A stretch of 64,000 nucleotides of DNA, from positions 6,071 through 70,070 of the IMG/VR virus record IMGVR_UViG_3300043448_000423; one strand, 5' to 3'. The notes under the pieces were generated by a model. It was not told the origin of the DNA. It ran no database searches and saw only the letters and a program-made list of their open reading frames with translations. Below, in pieces: positions 41,536 to 51,339 of the stretch (the first letter of the stretch is position 1; each line of letters begins with the position of its first letter). The stretch comes from a virus. A program made the translations under genes and the position numbers.

Positions 41536-42357
41536 ATGGATACTATAGTTTTACAAGTCAATGCTTTGCAAAGACAAATTAAATATGGAAGTGAAATTAA
41601 GATTATTGATGATCAATTTTGGGTAGATTATATTTATCCAAAATTGTATCCTTTTTGGGACTCAGAAAATGATCGATTGACGGCTTTTTCTTTGTATGAA
41701 AATGGATATTGTTATATTGAAAGAAAAAAATATGTGAAAAATTTCCAAACAAACGAATTTGTTTGGAAAACGTATGAATGGACAGAAGTAACTAAAGAAG
41801 ATATTGATAATTTTGTTGAAACAATAAAATCTTGTTTATTTGCTTATATAGATTTTAAACAAGAAGATATTAAAGAAGAAATTTATAGAAGATATGGTAA
41901 AAATACATCTGTTTCCTGGGTAGGAATAAAATGTATTAGAAATTTTTTATTGTCAGAATCTGATTGGCCTTTCATTGAAGATTCAGATTGTTCTGCTGAG
42001 GATAAAGAATTGTGGAAATTGTATCGTACAAAATTGAGAAATATTCCACAAGAGCAACAGGATCTTTTACCAAATCAAGTTTTATTTCCTATAGATCCAT
42101 TATCATACAAAAATGAATTTTTATTAAAGAATGAAGGAGTGGAATATTTGTCAACGATTGAACAATTTGTGACAATAGATAAGGCGTATTATTCCCAAAT
42201 TCAACAACTAGTTGTTGATTATCTTTCTGCTAGACATTTAGTAAGATTGAATAAATTTAATCCAATACCTGTGTCTGAGCAGTTAACATCTGATGCCCCA
42301 GAGGATGCTTTGGATCAGATGATTCAGGCAGTTGAGGATGGTACATATATAGGATAA
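41536..42357 (+). CDS. Tail fibre assembly chaperone-like protein
   Basis: RNFLLSESDW..WKLYRTKLRNIP..FP motif of Tfa-type chaperones; likely ATG at 41536. Confidence 0.7.
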   Translation: MDTIVLQVNALQRQIKYGSEIKIIDDQFWVDYIYPKLYPFWDSENDRLTAFSLYENGYCYIERKKYVKNFQTNEFVWKTYEWTEVTKEDIDNFVETIKSCLFAYIDFKQEDIKEEIYRRYGKNTSVSWVGIKCIRNFLLSESDWPFIEDSDCSAEDKELWKLYRTKLRNIPQEQQDLLPNQVLFPIDPLSYKNEFLLKNEGVEYLSTIEQFVTIDKAYYSQIQQLVVDYLSARHLVRLNKFNPIPVSEQLTSDAPEDALDQMIQAVEDGTYIG

Positions 42358-42372
42358 AATCGTGTTAATATT

Positions 42373-42708
42373 ATGGATAATTCAGAAATTTCTGTTGTTA
42401 CACTAACAACTGGTCAGAGAATAATCACATACTTGCAAAATATTGTAAACAAAGAAAATAATATTGAAAAAAATATTTGTTATTTGTTTAATTACCCAAT
42501 GGAACTTCATTTAGGTGAACAATCTGATGGTGAATTTGAATTGAATATGAGAAGATGGAATCCTTATACTCCAGAAATTTCATTTAGAATTCCATATTCT
42601 TTTGTTGCAAATATTTGCTATCCATTTGATAGTGTTAAAAAAACATATTTGGAAGCAGTACAACAGTTTACAAATCTTGGTAATGAAGAATATAAGGAGA
42701 TGATTTAA
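42373..42708 (+). CDS. Hypothetical protein (possible Sm-like fold)
   Basis: LTTGQRII..YP...WNPYT pattern; coupled to neighbours. Confidence 0.55.
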   Translation: MDNSEISVVTLTTGQRIITYLQNIVNKENNIEKNICYLFNYPMELHLGEQSDGEFELNMRRWNPYTPEISFRIPYSFVANICYPFDSVKKTYLEAVQQFTNLGNEEYKEMI

Positions 42709-42709
42709 A

Positions 42710-43384
42710 ATGTTTTTTGAATATGAATTGTTGAATATACATCGAATTAGGCAATTGATGGGATACTTTGAAACTGCTGAGTGGATTAGAAGTCAATCTG
42801 GTCCCAAATCTTTTACTCGTCGCGGAAATATGCACACAAAAGTAAAAGAATGTTGGACATTGGAAGATATCCATCAAAGAGAAGATGTTCAATTAATAAG
42901 CAGAAAAGTATTTGAAGACATCAATAGTACTGATATTAGAGCAGATTTATTAATAGATGATGCTAATCCTCCCACGTTTTTAAAATATGATATGGGTGAC
43001 TATTATGACTGGCATGTTGATAGTTATATCATGAATGGAATCAGAGCAGATTATTCCGTTACTATTTTTTTAAATGATAATTATGAAGGTGGTGAGTTGG
43101 TTTTAGATCTAGGCACTGAAAAAATAGAAAAAAAATGTAAACCAGGGACAGCTTTTATTTACCCAACAAACTTTGCTCATAAAATAAATCCTGTAACTTC
43201 TGGATCTAGATATGTTATAGTTCTTTGGATGTCTTCCTTGGTTAGAGATATTACGGTAAGACAATCAGCAATAGAACTTACATCATTTATAAAAAAATAT
43301 GAAAATGAATTGACTTACTCTCAAAAAATGGAAATAGAAAAAACTAGAACGACTTTAATAAGAAATTTTGGAGATTTTGTATGA
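42710..43384 (+). CDS. PKHD-type 2OG-Fe(II) hydroxylase
   Basis: PPTFLKY..YYDWHVD..RADYSVTIFLN..YEGGEL..YPT..HKINPVTSGSR..WMSSLVRD. Confidence 0.88.
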   Translation: MFFEYELLNIHRIRQLMGYFETAEWIRSQSGPKSFTRRGNMHTKVKECWTLEDIHQREDVQLISRKVFEDINSTDIRADLLIDDANPPTFLKYDMGDYYDWHVDSYIMNGIRADYSVTIFLNDNYEGGELVLDLGTEKIEKKCKPGTAFIYPTNFAHKINPVTSGSRYVIVLWMSSLVRDITVRQSAIELTSFIKKYENELTYSQKMEIEKTRTTLIRNFGDFV

Positions 43385-43893
43385 GTGATTTGTCTAATTT
43401 GAAATTTTTTGATAGTTATTTTGATGAGCAAATAGTTGATGATGCATTAAAATATCTTAGTAAACCAAGATGGAGATTTGGATATTTTGACTCAGATGAA
43501 AAACCACATAAAAAGTATTGGGTATCACCATTAAGTGAATTTGATATTTTTAATAAGCATATTTATGAAATGGTTGTCAGAAATTTACCTAACAAATACC
43601 AGCTCTTGGAAGTTTATGCTGCTGGACATACTTATGGAATGAATGGATCACTGAGTACAGTAGATGACCCAAATATTCATTTAGCAATGATATTTTTAAA
43701 CAAACAGTGGGATATTGAATGGGGTGGAAAAACAATTTTAGTACAAGAAGATGGTAAATATGAAGCAATTTTCCCCAAACCAGGATCTATGATAGTTTTT
43801 CCTTCAGATTTGTATTTTTATACGGAAGATATTTGTAGAGAATTTTATGGATTGAAAATAACTTTAATATATAAATTAAGAAAAATAGGATAG
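43381..43893 (+). CDS. 2OG-Fe(II) oxygenase-fold protein, metal ligands apparently lost
   Basis: WDIEWGGKT..PKPGSMIVFPS scaffold, but no HxD or distal His visible. Confidence 0.65.
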   Translation: MSDLSNLKFFDSYFDEQIVDDALKYLSKPRWRFGYFDSDEKPHKKYWVSPLSEFDIFNKHIYEMVVRNLPNKYQLLEVYAAGHTYGMNGSLSTVDDPNIHLAMIFLNKQWDIEWGGKTILVQEDGKYEAIFPKPGSMIVFPSDLYFYTEDICREFYGLKITLIYKLRKIG

Positions 43894-43897
43894 TTAC

Positions 43898-44269
43898 ATG
43901 GAAATTAAACATTTGAATGATTTAATTGAGTATTATGTTAAAACTAAAAGTACTGCTCTAGTATTTTTTAGAAATCAATCTCTAGAACGTTGCTCAGACG
44001 TAAATTTAATTAATGAAGTTTGGTCTTATTATAAAGAACACCTTTCAGACAATGCATATTATGCAATTACACACTCGGAATATAATTATATTGAATTTAT
44101 GAATGCTGATTCTGCAATTGAATTTGTTGAAGATAATTTTCCAAGAAGAGACCAAGTTCCTAGTTTACTACATTGGTTTCATTGTTCAGTGTATGATTCT
44201 AATGGTGTTATGGTATATGAAAATGAGCAAATTCGTCCTGGGTTAAATATTTCTGAAGAGGGGGCTTGA
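43898..44269 (+). CDS. Hypothetical protein
   Basis: 123-aa ORF ending the late operon. Confidence 0.65.
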   Translation: MEIKHLNDLIEYYVKTKSTALVFFRNQSLERCSDVNLINEVWSYYKEHLSDNAYYAITHSEYNYIEFMNADSAIEFVEDNFPRRDQVPSLLHWFHCSVYDSNGVMVYENEQIRPGLNISEEGA

Positions 44270-44295
44270 CAGGGGGTTGACGCCTGTGCTACAGT
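44266..44295 (+). promoter_or_regulatory. Early promoter marking the start of the small-ORF region
   Basis: TTGACA-N18-TACAGT. Confidence 0.6.
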
Positions 44296-44319
44296 AGCAG
44301 AGCACTGAACAGGACACCC

Positions 44320-44553
44320 ATGAAAGGTATCATCGATTACGGTGACGACGGCGTAGTTCCGATGATTGACTCGGATGACGTTGAAACCGTTGTTGAAAAC
44401 ATTCTTGAATATGTAGAAGCACGGTTCGAAATCCTTGATAAGATGGGTGACCGTGACCGTGACATCTTTGCTCTTGTTGAAGAGTTTCATGAATGGGGTG
44501 CTGCTGAACAAGGCGACGAAGTTTCCTATTTTGTCTGCCCAACTTTTGAATAA
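44320..44553 (+). CDS. Acidic hypothetical protein
   Basis: AGGA SD, directly after a promoter. Confidence 0.7.
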   Translation: MKGIIDYGDDGVVPMIDSDDVETVVENILEYVEARFEILDKMGDRDRDIFALVEEFHEWGAAEQGDEVSYFVCPTFE

Positions 44554-44582
44554 TCCTACATAATAACACACTCAACAGGACA

Positions 44583-44708
44583 ATGACTACGCCCAACTGG
44601 CAACATCACTCTAAAAAAGAGCAGAAACGTACACTGAAACCACAGGCAATGCGTCAAGCAAAAGCTCGTAAGCAGGCGCTCAAGCGTCAACTGGAGGTAA
44701 TCAAATGA
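44583..44708 (+). CDS. Small basic hypothetical protein (MTTPNWQHHSKK...)
   Basis: AGGA SD; ATGA overlap with next ORF; below the ORF-track size cutoff. Confidence 0.6.
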   Translation: MTTPNWQHHSKKEQKRTLKPQAMRQAKARKQALKRQLEVIK

Positions 44709-44890
44709 CCCACTATGACAAACTGATTGATTCTATCGTTGATGAAATCTATTATGTGTGGACTGAAGTTTCCAGTTGGAATGAAGACGACCAAGAAACT
44801 GCAAAAGAAGCAGCACATCGTATTCTTCAGCATGTAGAAGAGTTTCAAACCGTTCGCACTAAAATTTCACAATGGAGAGCAACTGACTGA
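44705..44890 (+). CDS. Hypothetical protein
   Basis: GGAGG SD, translational coupling. Confidence 0.65.
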   Translation: MTHYDKLIDSIVDEIYYVWTEVSSWNEDDQETAKEAAHRILQHVEEFQTVRTKISQWRATD

Positions 44891-45096
44891 TGGCATTATC
44901 TAAACAAGTAGAAGAATCGCTTGACGAAGCACAAGCAGCACTGCGTAATGCACTTGCATTTGCAGCACGAAATGAGCGTCCTGTAGTGAATCAGGGTATC
45001 GCAGAATTGATGTGTGATATTGAAAAACTGAAATCTGTGGACAAACTGTTTGACACTCTTGACTCTTGGAAAGATGAATCTTCTAAAAATCAATAA
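44890..45096 (+). CDS. Hypothetical protein
   Basis: MALSKQVEESL..LRNALAFAARNE; TGATG coupling. Confidence 0.7.
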   Translation: MALSKQVEESLDEAQAALRNALAFAARNERPVVNQGIAELMCDIEKLKSVDKLFDTLDSWKDESSKNQ

Positions 45097-45301
45097 GACA
45101 GCACTATACCAACCACCAGTTAAAACAACTCCTCAGAATGTCAGGGAGGCAAATGAGGGGTTGTTTAACTGCACAATGACACTTCCTGCTGCTGCAGCTC
45201 ACTGTGGTATGACACAAAAAGAAATGAAACTCACATTCTTTGAGTATCTAAAATATCATCCACCCACATATGTAAGCGAACCACAACACAACCGTGATTG
45301 A
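45074..45301 (+). CDS. Hypothetical protein (possible HTH: MTLPAAAAHCGMT)
   Basis: Same-strand tiling with neighbours. Confidence 0.6.
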   Translation: MNLLKINKTALYQPPVKTTPQNVREANEGLFNCTMTLPAAAAHCGMTQKEMKLTFFEYLKYHPPTYVSEPQHNRD

Positions 45302-45596
45302 TTATGGTAACGAGCGTCTCAATCAAATATATAGAGACACATGGCCTAATCTGGGGTGGGCAAGAATGGATAGAATCAAAGCAGGAGACACGGTAAAGTA
45401 TCTCGGATGCACTATAGAGCAGGTAAGATGGGGGTCTAACGATGACCCAAACGGGATTCTAATAGTAGGTGACAAATACTATGTTGAGCATGTGCATGTT
45501 CACTCTCAACATACTAAAATAGAACTCAGAGGAGTCAAAGGTAAATTTAATTCAGTATGTTTTGAGGTGACACATGACACACGAAGAAATGCTTGA
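45294..45596 (+). CDS. Hypothetical protein
   Basis: Tiling ORF; true start may be internal. Confidence 0.55.
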   Translation: MIDYGNERLNQIYRDTWPNLGWARMDRIKAGDTVKYLGCTIEQVRWGSNDDPNGILIVGDKYYVEHVHVHSQHTKIELRGVKGKFNSVCFEVTHDTRRNA

Positions 45597-46071
45597 AGAA
45601 GCAGCACGAAGAGAAGCAGCACTTAAAGCAGTAGATAAACTCTACGAAGAAAATGGTGATGCTCTGAAACAACTTGCAGAGATTGAAAAACAAGAAAGAG
45701 AGGTAATCAACATTGCTAAAGAAGCAATTGAAGAATATAAACCAGCACTAGAAGAGCTTGCTAAAACTGAGCGACCATTCTATCGCTTCTTTGCTATTGA
45801 ATACTTTGCCACTGGTGAGGGTATGTCTTTCTGGTTGAAAATATGCCGTAACTATGCTATACATGATGGTAAAGATTATGACCTAGAGCGATTCGTTAAG
45901 TTTATTGGTGTGGGCGCAGAGCACTACATTCATGGTCTTACAATGCCCACACAAGAAGAGTTTATGACTCAGTATGCTAATCTGATTCCTGCATATATTG
46001 TGAAGATGATTGAGCGTAGAGACCAACCAGCATTAGATTGGGAAACCCACTTTTACTTTAACTACTCATGA
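45574..46071 (+). CDS. Hypothetical protein
   Basis: GAGG SD, 165 aa. Confidence 0.7.
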   Translation: MTHEEMLEEAARREAALKAVDKLYEENGDALKQLAEIEKQEREVINIAKEAIEEYKPALEELAKTERPFYRFFAIEYFATGEGMSFWLKICRNYAIHDGKDYDLERFVKFIGVGAEHYIHGLTMPTQEEFMTQYANLIPAYIVKMIERRDQPALDWETHFYFNYS

Positions 46072-46250
46072 TTGACAAGGAATTACTTAACTCATTACAA
46101 GGAACGATGGCAACAATTGATCCAATGTCAATTAAACGAGAATCTATTACAGAGTATCGTTTGGATATGCTTGAAGATCAACTTCAACGAGTGAGTGACA
46201 AACTGGATTTGCTGATCACACAACTCAAAATTGAATTCTACAAGAAATGA
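46068..46250 (+). CDS. Hypothetical protein
   Basis: ATGA coupling. Confidence 0.6.
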   Translation: MIDKELLNSLQGTMATIDPMSIKRESITEYRLDMLEDQLQRVSDKLDLLITQLKIEFYKK

Positions 46251-46429
46251 ACGACGAAAAGAACCCTGATGAGATTGTCGTCAGGGATATTGATATGATA
46301 CACTTTGAGATGATGGATGATGGATTCCTCTGGTGTGGAATCTATCACAAGGATGGTCAGATTGACCATTTCAACATCACTGCAAAAGGAAAGAAACTCT
46401 CTACTTTATGGATGCCCAACTGCGGATGA
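46247..46429 (+). CDS. Hypothetical protein
   Basis: ATGA coupling. Confidence 0.6.
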   Translation: MNDEKNPDEIVVRDIDMIHFEMMDDGFLWCGIYHKDGQIDHFNITAKGKKLSTLWMPNCG

Positions 46430-46433
46430 TACT

Positions 46434-46634
46434 ATGAGATTTGAAGAACCAACAAGATTAGAGCTTTTCCTTGACGGATTCCACAACTTCATGTATGCTT
46501 GGGATAGTTACAACACACCAGAATTCTGGGAAGCATTGTGCCATGGATGGTATGATGAATACATCTATCCATACGATGACCCGTTTCTTATTCACATTCC
46601 TTCACCTGAGCGTAAACTGAGATTAGCAGAATGA
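46434..46634 (+). CDS. Hypothetical protein
   Basis: Likely start MRFEE at 46434 within the tracked ORF. Confidence 0.55.
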   Translation: MRFEEPTRLELFLDGFHNFMYAWDSYNTPEFWEALCHGWYDEYIYPYDDPFLIHIPSPERKLRLAE

Positions 46635-46900
46635 AACTCTTCAACTACTATCACTACGAAGATTACGGGCACGAATGGTATTACCAACTGCTCTCATGGT
46701 ATCCACATTTTGCACTGTTGGATATGACTATTCAATGGGATGAATACCCTGCCACTGAAATATTCCCAATGCTGCTGATTAGTTTCGGTAGTAGGTCACT
46801 CACAGGATTCTCATTCCGCTGGAAGTGGTTTGAGATTCGCTGTGATTTTCTCACATCAGCACCACGAAACTATGGTAGATATGGAGAATCATATCAATGA
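46631..46900 (+). CDS. Hypothetical protein
   Basis: ATGA coupling. Confidence 0.65.
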   Translation: MKLFNYYHYEDYGHEWYYQLLSWYPHFALLDMTIQWDEYPATEIFPMLLISFGSRSLTGFSFRWKWFEIRCDFLTSAPRNYGRYGESYQ

Positions 46901-47103
46901 CACAACTGATTCCTAAATCATCACCAGAATATTTTGAGCAGAGTTGCTATAAAACATATGACAGGCACAAATACAAAGTATTCTATGCTAGTGGTAGGGT
47001 AGAAACATACGAATGGTATGATGAAGTAATTGCACGATGGATGCAAACACCAGCAGGGCATTTAACACATGTAGAAGTTATTGACAGGAAAAAAAAGCGA
47101 TGA
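46897..47103 (+). CDS. Hypothetical protein
   Basis: ATGA coupling, GGAG SD. Confidence 0.65.
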   Translation: MTQLIPKSSPEYFEQSCYKTYDRHKYKVFYASGRVETYEWYDEVIARWMQTPAGHLTHVEVIDRKKKR

Positions 47104-47606
47104 GCAATCCACTACTTGACAAATACGAAGAAATCTACGGCGAAAAGAAAGAAGAGGTAGTAGAAGAAAAAAAGGATTATGGCACCGCCGCCGAATACTT
47201 CTCTCCCCTTTATGGAGGTATGGGAAATGATATTATTAGTATTAACCCACCTAACACCAATCCAGGATTAACTATCAATGGTGGGCAAGAAATCATGGAT
47301 AGTGGTGCATTTGTCATTCCTGCTGCCACTGTAAATAATGGTGCTATCAGTATGGATGGTAGCTATTTCAAACCTGATGCACTGATTAGTAATGGCAAAA
47401 CTACATCATCTGTAAATAGAACACCAACATGTTTTGCTTTTGACGCACCAAAAACACAAATGGAAAAACATTTCCTCAAAGTATTAGAAGATGTTGCTAA
47501 CAAGAAAGCAGTGTTATCTGCTATCTCAGCAGATATTGACCAATCATTTACTGGATTTGGTGGGCAAATAAAATATACTATTGAGATTGTCGGCAGGTAT
47601 CCATGA
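47100..47606 (+). CDS. Hypothetical protein
   Basis: ATGA coupling, 168 aa. Confidence 0.7.
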   Translation: MSNPLLDKYEEIYGEKKEEVVEEKKDYGTAAEYFSPLYGGMGNDIISINPPNTNPGLTINGGQEIMDSGAFVIPAATVNNGAISMDGSYFKPDALISNGKTTSSVNRTPTCFAFDAPKTQMEKHFLKVLEDVANKKAVLSAISADIDQSFTGFGGQIKYTIEIVGRYP

Positions 47607-47663
47607 ACCCGTCTGATAAGGATAAGTTATACATCACATTATTTTTAGTAATCCTTTTCCTAC

Positions 47664-47693
47664 TTGACATGTGCGTGGTGGGTGGGGTATTAT
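47664..47693 (+). promoter_or_regulatory. Early promoter
   Basis: TTGACA-N18-TATTAT followed by TACATGGTAA, similar to the other cassettes. Confidence 0.65.
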
Positions 47694-47739
47694 TACATGG
47701 TAAAGCAAACTTCCCTGAACTGCTCAAGCATCTAAAACA

Positions 47740-47976
47740 ATGAGAAAGGTCGTTGTAAAACCTAAGAGTAGCAAGGCAAAGAATCGCCTCGCTAACACAA
47801 TGGAGGGCAACCCCGTTTGTGTTGTGGAGCAGGATACTGGCGGTGAGTTGTTTCTCGCTGCTGAGAATCGTAAATACTTTTTCTGGGTCAGCACTCGCAC
47901 TGGTAGCAATCGCTTCGGTGATAAAGCTGACGCACACTGGGAAGTTATCACTGAAATCAAGGATGTAATACTATGA
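47740..47976 (+). CDS. Hypothetical protein
   Basis: Downstream of promoter; VKPKSSKAKNRLANTM. Confidence 0.7.
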   Translation: MRKVVVKPKSSKAKNRLANTMEGNPVCVVEQDTGGELFLAAENRKYFFWVSTRTGSNRFGDKADAHWEVITEIKDVIL

Positions 47977-48152
47977 AACCTAAAACTCGTGTCATCTTAG
48001 AGATGGCGATTGAACAAGGTGTGCGTCGTGGTTGGCATCTTGCACACAAACATGTAGAGAATCCTTTGCCAAGTGCCATTATGGAGCGCATTGACGATGC
48101 TGTAATGTCTGAAATCTACGAATACTTTACTTTTGAGGAGGAGGACTTTTGA
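47973..48152 (+). CDS. Hypothetical protein
   Basis: MKPKTRVILEMAIEQG..., 59 aa, coupled on both sides. Confidence 0.6.
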   Translation: MKPKTRVILEMAIEQGVRRGWHLAHKHVENPLPSAIMERIDDAVMSEIYEYFTFEEEDF

Positions 48153-48454
48153 TTATTGCTGGTCTTGTGTGTGGAATCGCTACATTCTATGGAATGGGTG
48201 ACGGATTTCATGGTAATATGACTGCAAATGGAGAGAGGTTTAGTGCTTATCGTTGGACTGCTGCTCATCCTTACTTGCCTATGGGAAGTAAGATTAGGGT
48301 TACAAACCAAGACAACGGTAAACAAGTAATTGTTCGTGTAAATGACCGCGGCCCCTATTCTCATGCAGACCTTGACTTAAGTTATGCTGCATTTGCTCAC
48401 ATTGAATCCACCCGTAAGGGAAATGCTACTGTATGTTGGAGGGTAATTGGATGA
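48149..48454 (+). CDS. RlpA-like double-psi beta-barrel protein (lytic transglycosylase family)
   Basis: ATFYG..FHG..TANGERF..TAAHPYLPMGSKIRVTN..VRVNDRGPY..DLSYAAF. Confidence 0.88.
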   Translation: MIIAGLVCGIATFYGMGDGFHGNMTANGERFSAYRWTAAHPYLPMGSKIRVTNQDNGKQVIVRVNDRGPYSHADLDLSYAAFAHIESTRKGNATVCWRVIG

Positions 48455-48822
48455 ACAAACTTATCTTTGCTGCTGCTATTCTTCTTTCTGCACCTGCATT
48501 TGCAGCACCAGAACAAACCTATCGCCCCTTTGTATACGAAACTCCTTGTGCTTTAGAAGCAAAGAATGAGTTTGAAATGGATACATGTAAGGTAGTCGAA
48601 ACCCGTGAAAAGGGTGGTGCCCTTCGCACTCGCAATATCTATTCTAATCGGTTTGCTTTGACTATTAAATCTCGCTTTGATAAAGAGAAGGGATTTGTGA
48701 CATGGGATAGTCACAATAAGTTTGAATATAAGTTTGAGTATAAAGTTGGCGGTGTTGATGGTCTTGGTGCATATACTTATGTAATGCCTGGTTTTCTTCT
48801 TCAAAATGTTTCCTGGGATTGA
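48451..48822 (+). CDS. Secreted/periplasmic hypothetical protein
   Basis: Signal peptide MNKLIFAAAILLSAPAFA; ATGA coupling. Confidence 0.7.
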   Translation: MNKLIFAAAILLSAPAFAAPEQTYRPFVYETPCALEAKNEFEMDTCKVVETREKGGALRTRNIYSNRFALTIKSRFDKEKGFVTWDSHNKFEYKFEYKVGGVDGLGAYTYVMPGFLLQNVSWD

Positions 48823-49037
48823 TTATGACTTACGACGAACTCTACGAGCACATTGTTGCCTATGTTGCTCTGCCCCACACAACTATCACCGAGCATGACA
48901 AACGACGTGCTTGTCTGATTCTTGGTGCTGTGATGGAGTTTAACCTTGATTGTCTTGATGAAGGTGTAGATCCACGCACACTTGATATGACTGGTTTTGT
49001 GAATGAGAAACTTGATGAACTGGAGGCAGTAAAATGA
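48819..49037 (+). CDS. Hypothetical protein
   Basis: Tiling ORF. Confidence 0.6.
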   Translation: MIMTYDELYEHIVAYVALPHTTITEHDKRRACLILGAVMEFNLDCLDEGVDPRTLDMTGFVNEKLDELEAVK

Positions 49038-49333
49038 GCGGCGGACACTTTGGAGATTGTGGTTACGATTACCACAAGGTATCGCAGTTTGCTGATGAGT
49101 TGGAAGTAGAGATTGAGAATAATGGTAAAGCAAAAGATGGTAGTGGATATTATGGTGAGAAATGGTATCCTAACCATGACCCTGATGTGATTGATGTGTT
49201 GCGAGAGCAGATTCCCAAACTGCGTAAGATGGCAACGATTATGAGAGACATTGATTATCTCTACAGTGGTGACATTGGTGATGATGGTTTCCTGCTGCGT
49301 ATGAAAGAAACGGAGGCTAAGTATGATTTCTGA
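49034..49333 (+). CDS. Hypothetical protein (MSGGHF..IDYLYSGDIGDD type)
   Basis: GGAGG SD; ATGA coupling. Confidence 0.7.
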   Translation: MSGGHFGDCGYDYHKVSQFADELEVEIENNGKAKDGSGYYGEKWYPNHDPDVIDVLREQIPKLRKMATIMRDIDYLYSGDIGDDGFLLRMKETEAKYDF

Positions 49334-49508
49334 TATGAAAGAAAAAGCAGACAAAGTGTTTTCTCATTATTATTATGACCCACAACACGACCCTAACCTA
49401 CATCTTGCTGCTACTCTCCGTGAGGTGATTAACCAACTACAGGTTTCTCCTGGTGTTATTATGTGTGCTGACCTTCTATCGTTGTGTGAGGAGATTGAAA
49501 ACCTATGA
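49323..49508 (+). CDS. Hypothetical protein
   Basis: GGAGG SD. Confidence 0.55.
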   Translation: MISDMKEKADKVFSHYYYDPQHDPNLHLAATLREVINQLQVSPGVIMCADLLSLCEEIENL

Positions 49509-49723
49509 AATTTGATGGATTTGATTGGGTATTTTTGACTATCCCTATTTTTATAATCGTTGCTGCTGCTGTTCTTACCTATGGTGATCAACAACAACGA
49601 GTATTATTCCAACAAACATACAATAAAAACTTGGAGTGTCGTCAAGCACTCAAAGACCAAACAGTGGGAAGAGTGAATGAGATTTGTGGTGATGTTCCTG
49701 CTATTGGGGCTTTTGTAAAATGA
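49505..49723 (+). CDS. Small membrane protein
   Basis: N-terminal hydrophobic helix; ATGA coupling. Confidence 0.6.
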   Translation: MKFDGFDWVFLTIPIFIIVAAAVLTYGDQQQRVLFQQTYNKNLECRQALKDQTVGRVNEICGDVPAIGAFVK

Positions 49724-50218
49724 ATAAAGTAAAGTTTGTTTATGTGACTCGCACGATTGACCCTAAGACACGCATTCATTACTTGGATGCGATTGATGAA
49801 AACGGGCAGCATTGGATGGCAGAAATGTCACACAAAGAAGAGCCTTGGTTGTGCTTTACTGATGTTTGGAAAAAAGATGTGCAGGTGCCTTATGACTGAA
49901 TCACTGTGGCATGTAATGAGAGACAAACTTGGTTTCTCTGTTGATATGAGTTATGAGATTGTAGATGCTGTTGAGGAATGGTTACCGAAAGAGCATGACA
50001 CAAACTCCTACAAATGGAATGAATGTCTCAAAATGATACGAGGTAAGTTGTATGACTAAAGAGCAGATTGAGCAACTGAGAGCACTGATTCAGTGTGAGA
50101 TTGACTATGCCATGCAAGAAGAAAGTGGTTATCGTTTCTCATACGAAACTAAAGAGTTTAATGATGGAGCATGGGAAACCTTTATAGATAGTTTCAACAA
50201 ACTTAGGATGACAACGAC

Positions 50219-50494
50219 ATGACCGAGATTCACTTATTCGTGCAGGAAGGTTGTAGACCTTGCATGTATGCCGAAACACAACTGAAGAAGGTTGATGGTT
50301 GGGAGAATGTTGTAACTATCACTAATGCCAAAGAGAATGGCGTGTGGTCTGAGTTTGCTATGCAATGTGGTGTTGAAGCTACACCAACGCTTGTGGCGTT
50401 GACTGATGGCAACATTGTTGCTAAAATAGCAGGGTCGCAAGAAATGACAACTGATTTCTGGAGGGCTACGGTAGAGAAACATGGGAATGTTTGA
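50219..50494 (+). CDS. Thioredoxin/glutaredoxin-like protein
   Basis: CRPC active-site motif and ATPTL cis-Pro motif. Confidence 0.85.
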   Translation: MTEIHLFVQEGCRPCMYAETQLKKVDGWENVVTITNAKENGVWSEFAMQCGVEATPTLVALTDGNIVAKIAGSQEMTTDFWRATVEKHGNV

Positions 50495-50876
50495 TTACTT
50501 TCGCTCATCGTATGATTTGGGTGAGCAGTTTACAAATGTAGTGTGCCAAACTAAAGATATCGAAGAAGGTATTGGTGGCACAATGACTGACTATTGGTTA
50601 GACCCCAATGGTCTATTGTGGTATCCGAGCTATGTTGGTTGCCACACCTTTGAAGTATATGAAGAAGGGCATCCTAAGTATGACCCTAACATCAAATGGG
50701 GCAATCACGAATGGATTCCAACTGGCGTACATGGTAAGTATCAACCACACTTGTTGACAAAGTATATTGAAATCCATCCCGAAGGATGGGGAGGATTGTG
50801 GGAAGATTGGCCACGCTTGCGTATTCACTTCAAATATGGTAAACTACAAGATTATGAGGATGTGACAGGACGATGA
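50481..50876 (+). CDS. Conserved phage protein (MGMFD..QTKD type)
   Basis: MGMFDY..CQTKD..F.YGKL pattern. Confidence 0.7.
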   Translation: MGMFDYFRSSYDLGEQFTNVVCQTKDIEEGIGGTMTDYWLDPNGLLWYPSYVGCHTFEVYEEGHPKYDPNIKWGNHEWIPTGVHGKYQPHLLTKYIEIHPEGWGGLWEDWPRLRIHFKYGKLQDYEDVTGR

Positions 50877-51190
50877 GCACAACAACTTTCACTTACAAAA
50901 ACGACGAACTGGTGTGTATGGGTGAACGCTACCCATCCAAGACACTGACAATCTCAACAAAGTGCGACGACCTTGACGCACATGAGTTGCTTGACATTTT
51001 TAAATCTTTCATGTTAGGATGTGGTTATGCCGAAAAAAGTTTCTATGACGCCTGCTACGAAGCCTGCCAAGAACACCCGCGCTACCGTAAAAGCGGAAAC
51101 GGACACCAACTGGGCACAACTGGGATCGACTCAGAAAAAATCTGGCAAGGAGGATACCAAGACCCCCACAAATATCCAACAGGGATGTAG
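50873..51190 (+). CDS. Hypothetical protein
   Basis: ATGA coupling; FKSFMLGCGY. Confidence 0.6.
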   Translation: MSTTTFTYKNDELVCMGERYPSKTLTISTKCDDLDAHELLDIFKSFMLGCGYAEKSFYDACYEACQEHPRYRKSGNGHQLGTTGIDSEKIWQGGYQDPHKYPTGM

Positions 51191-51339
51191 TATTAAACTT
51201 AGCAATGACCCTGATAAGTTTCCTCACACTGGATTTCCTATTCGCCTAGAATACAAAGATGGTAACGACAAGAAAACTTGTTGGTTTCAATGCTATGACC
51301 ACTACATCAAACATATCACACGATACAAAATAACTGAGT

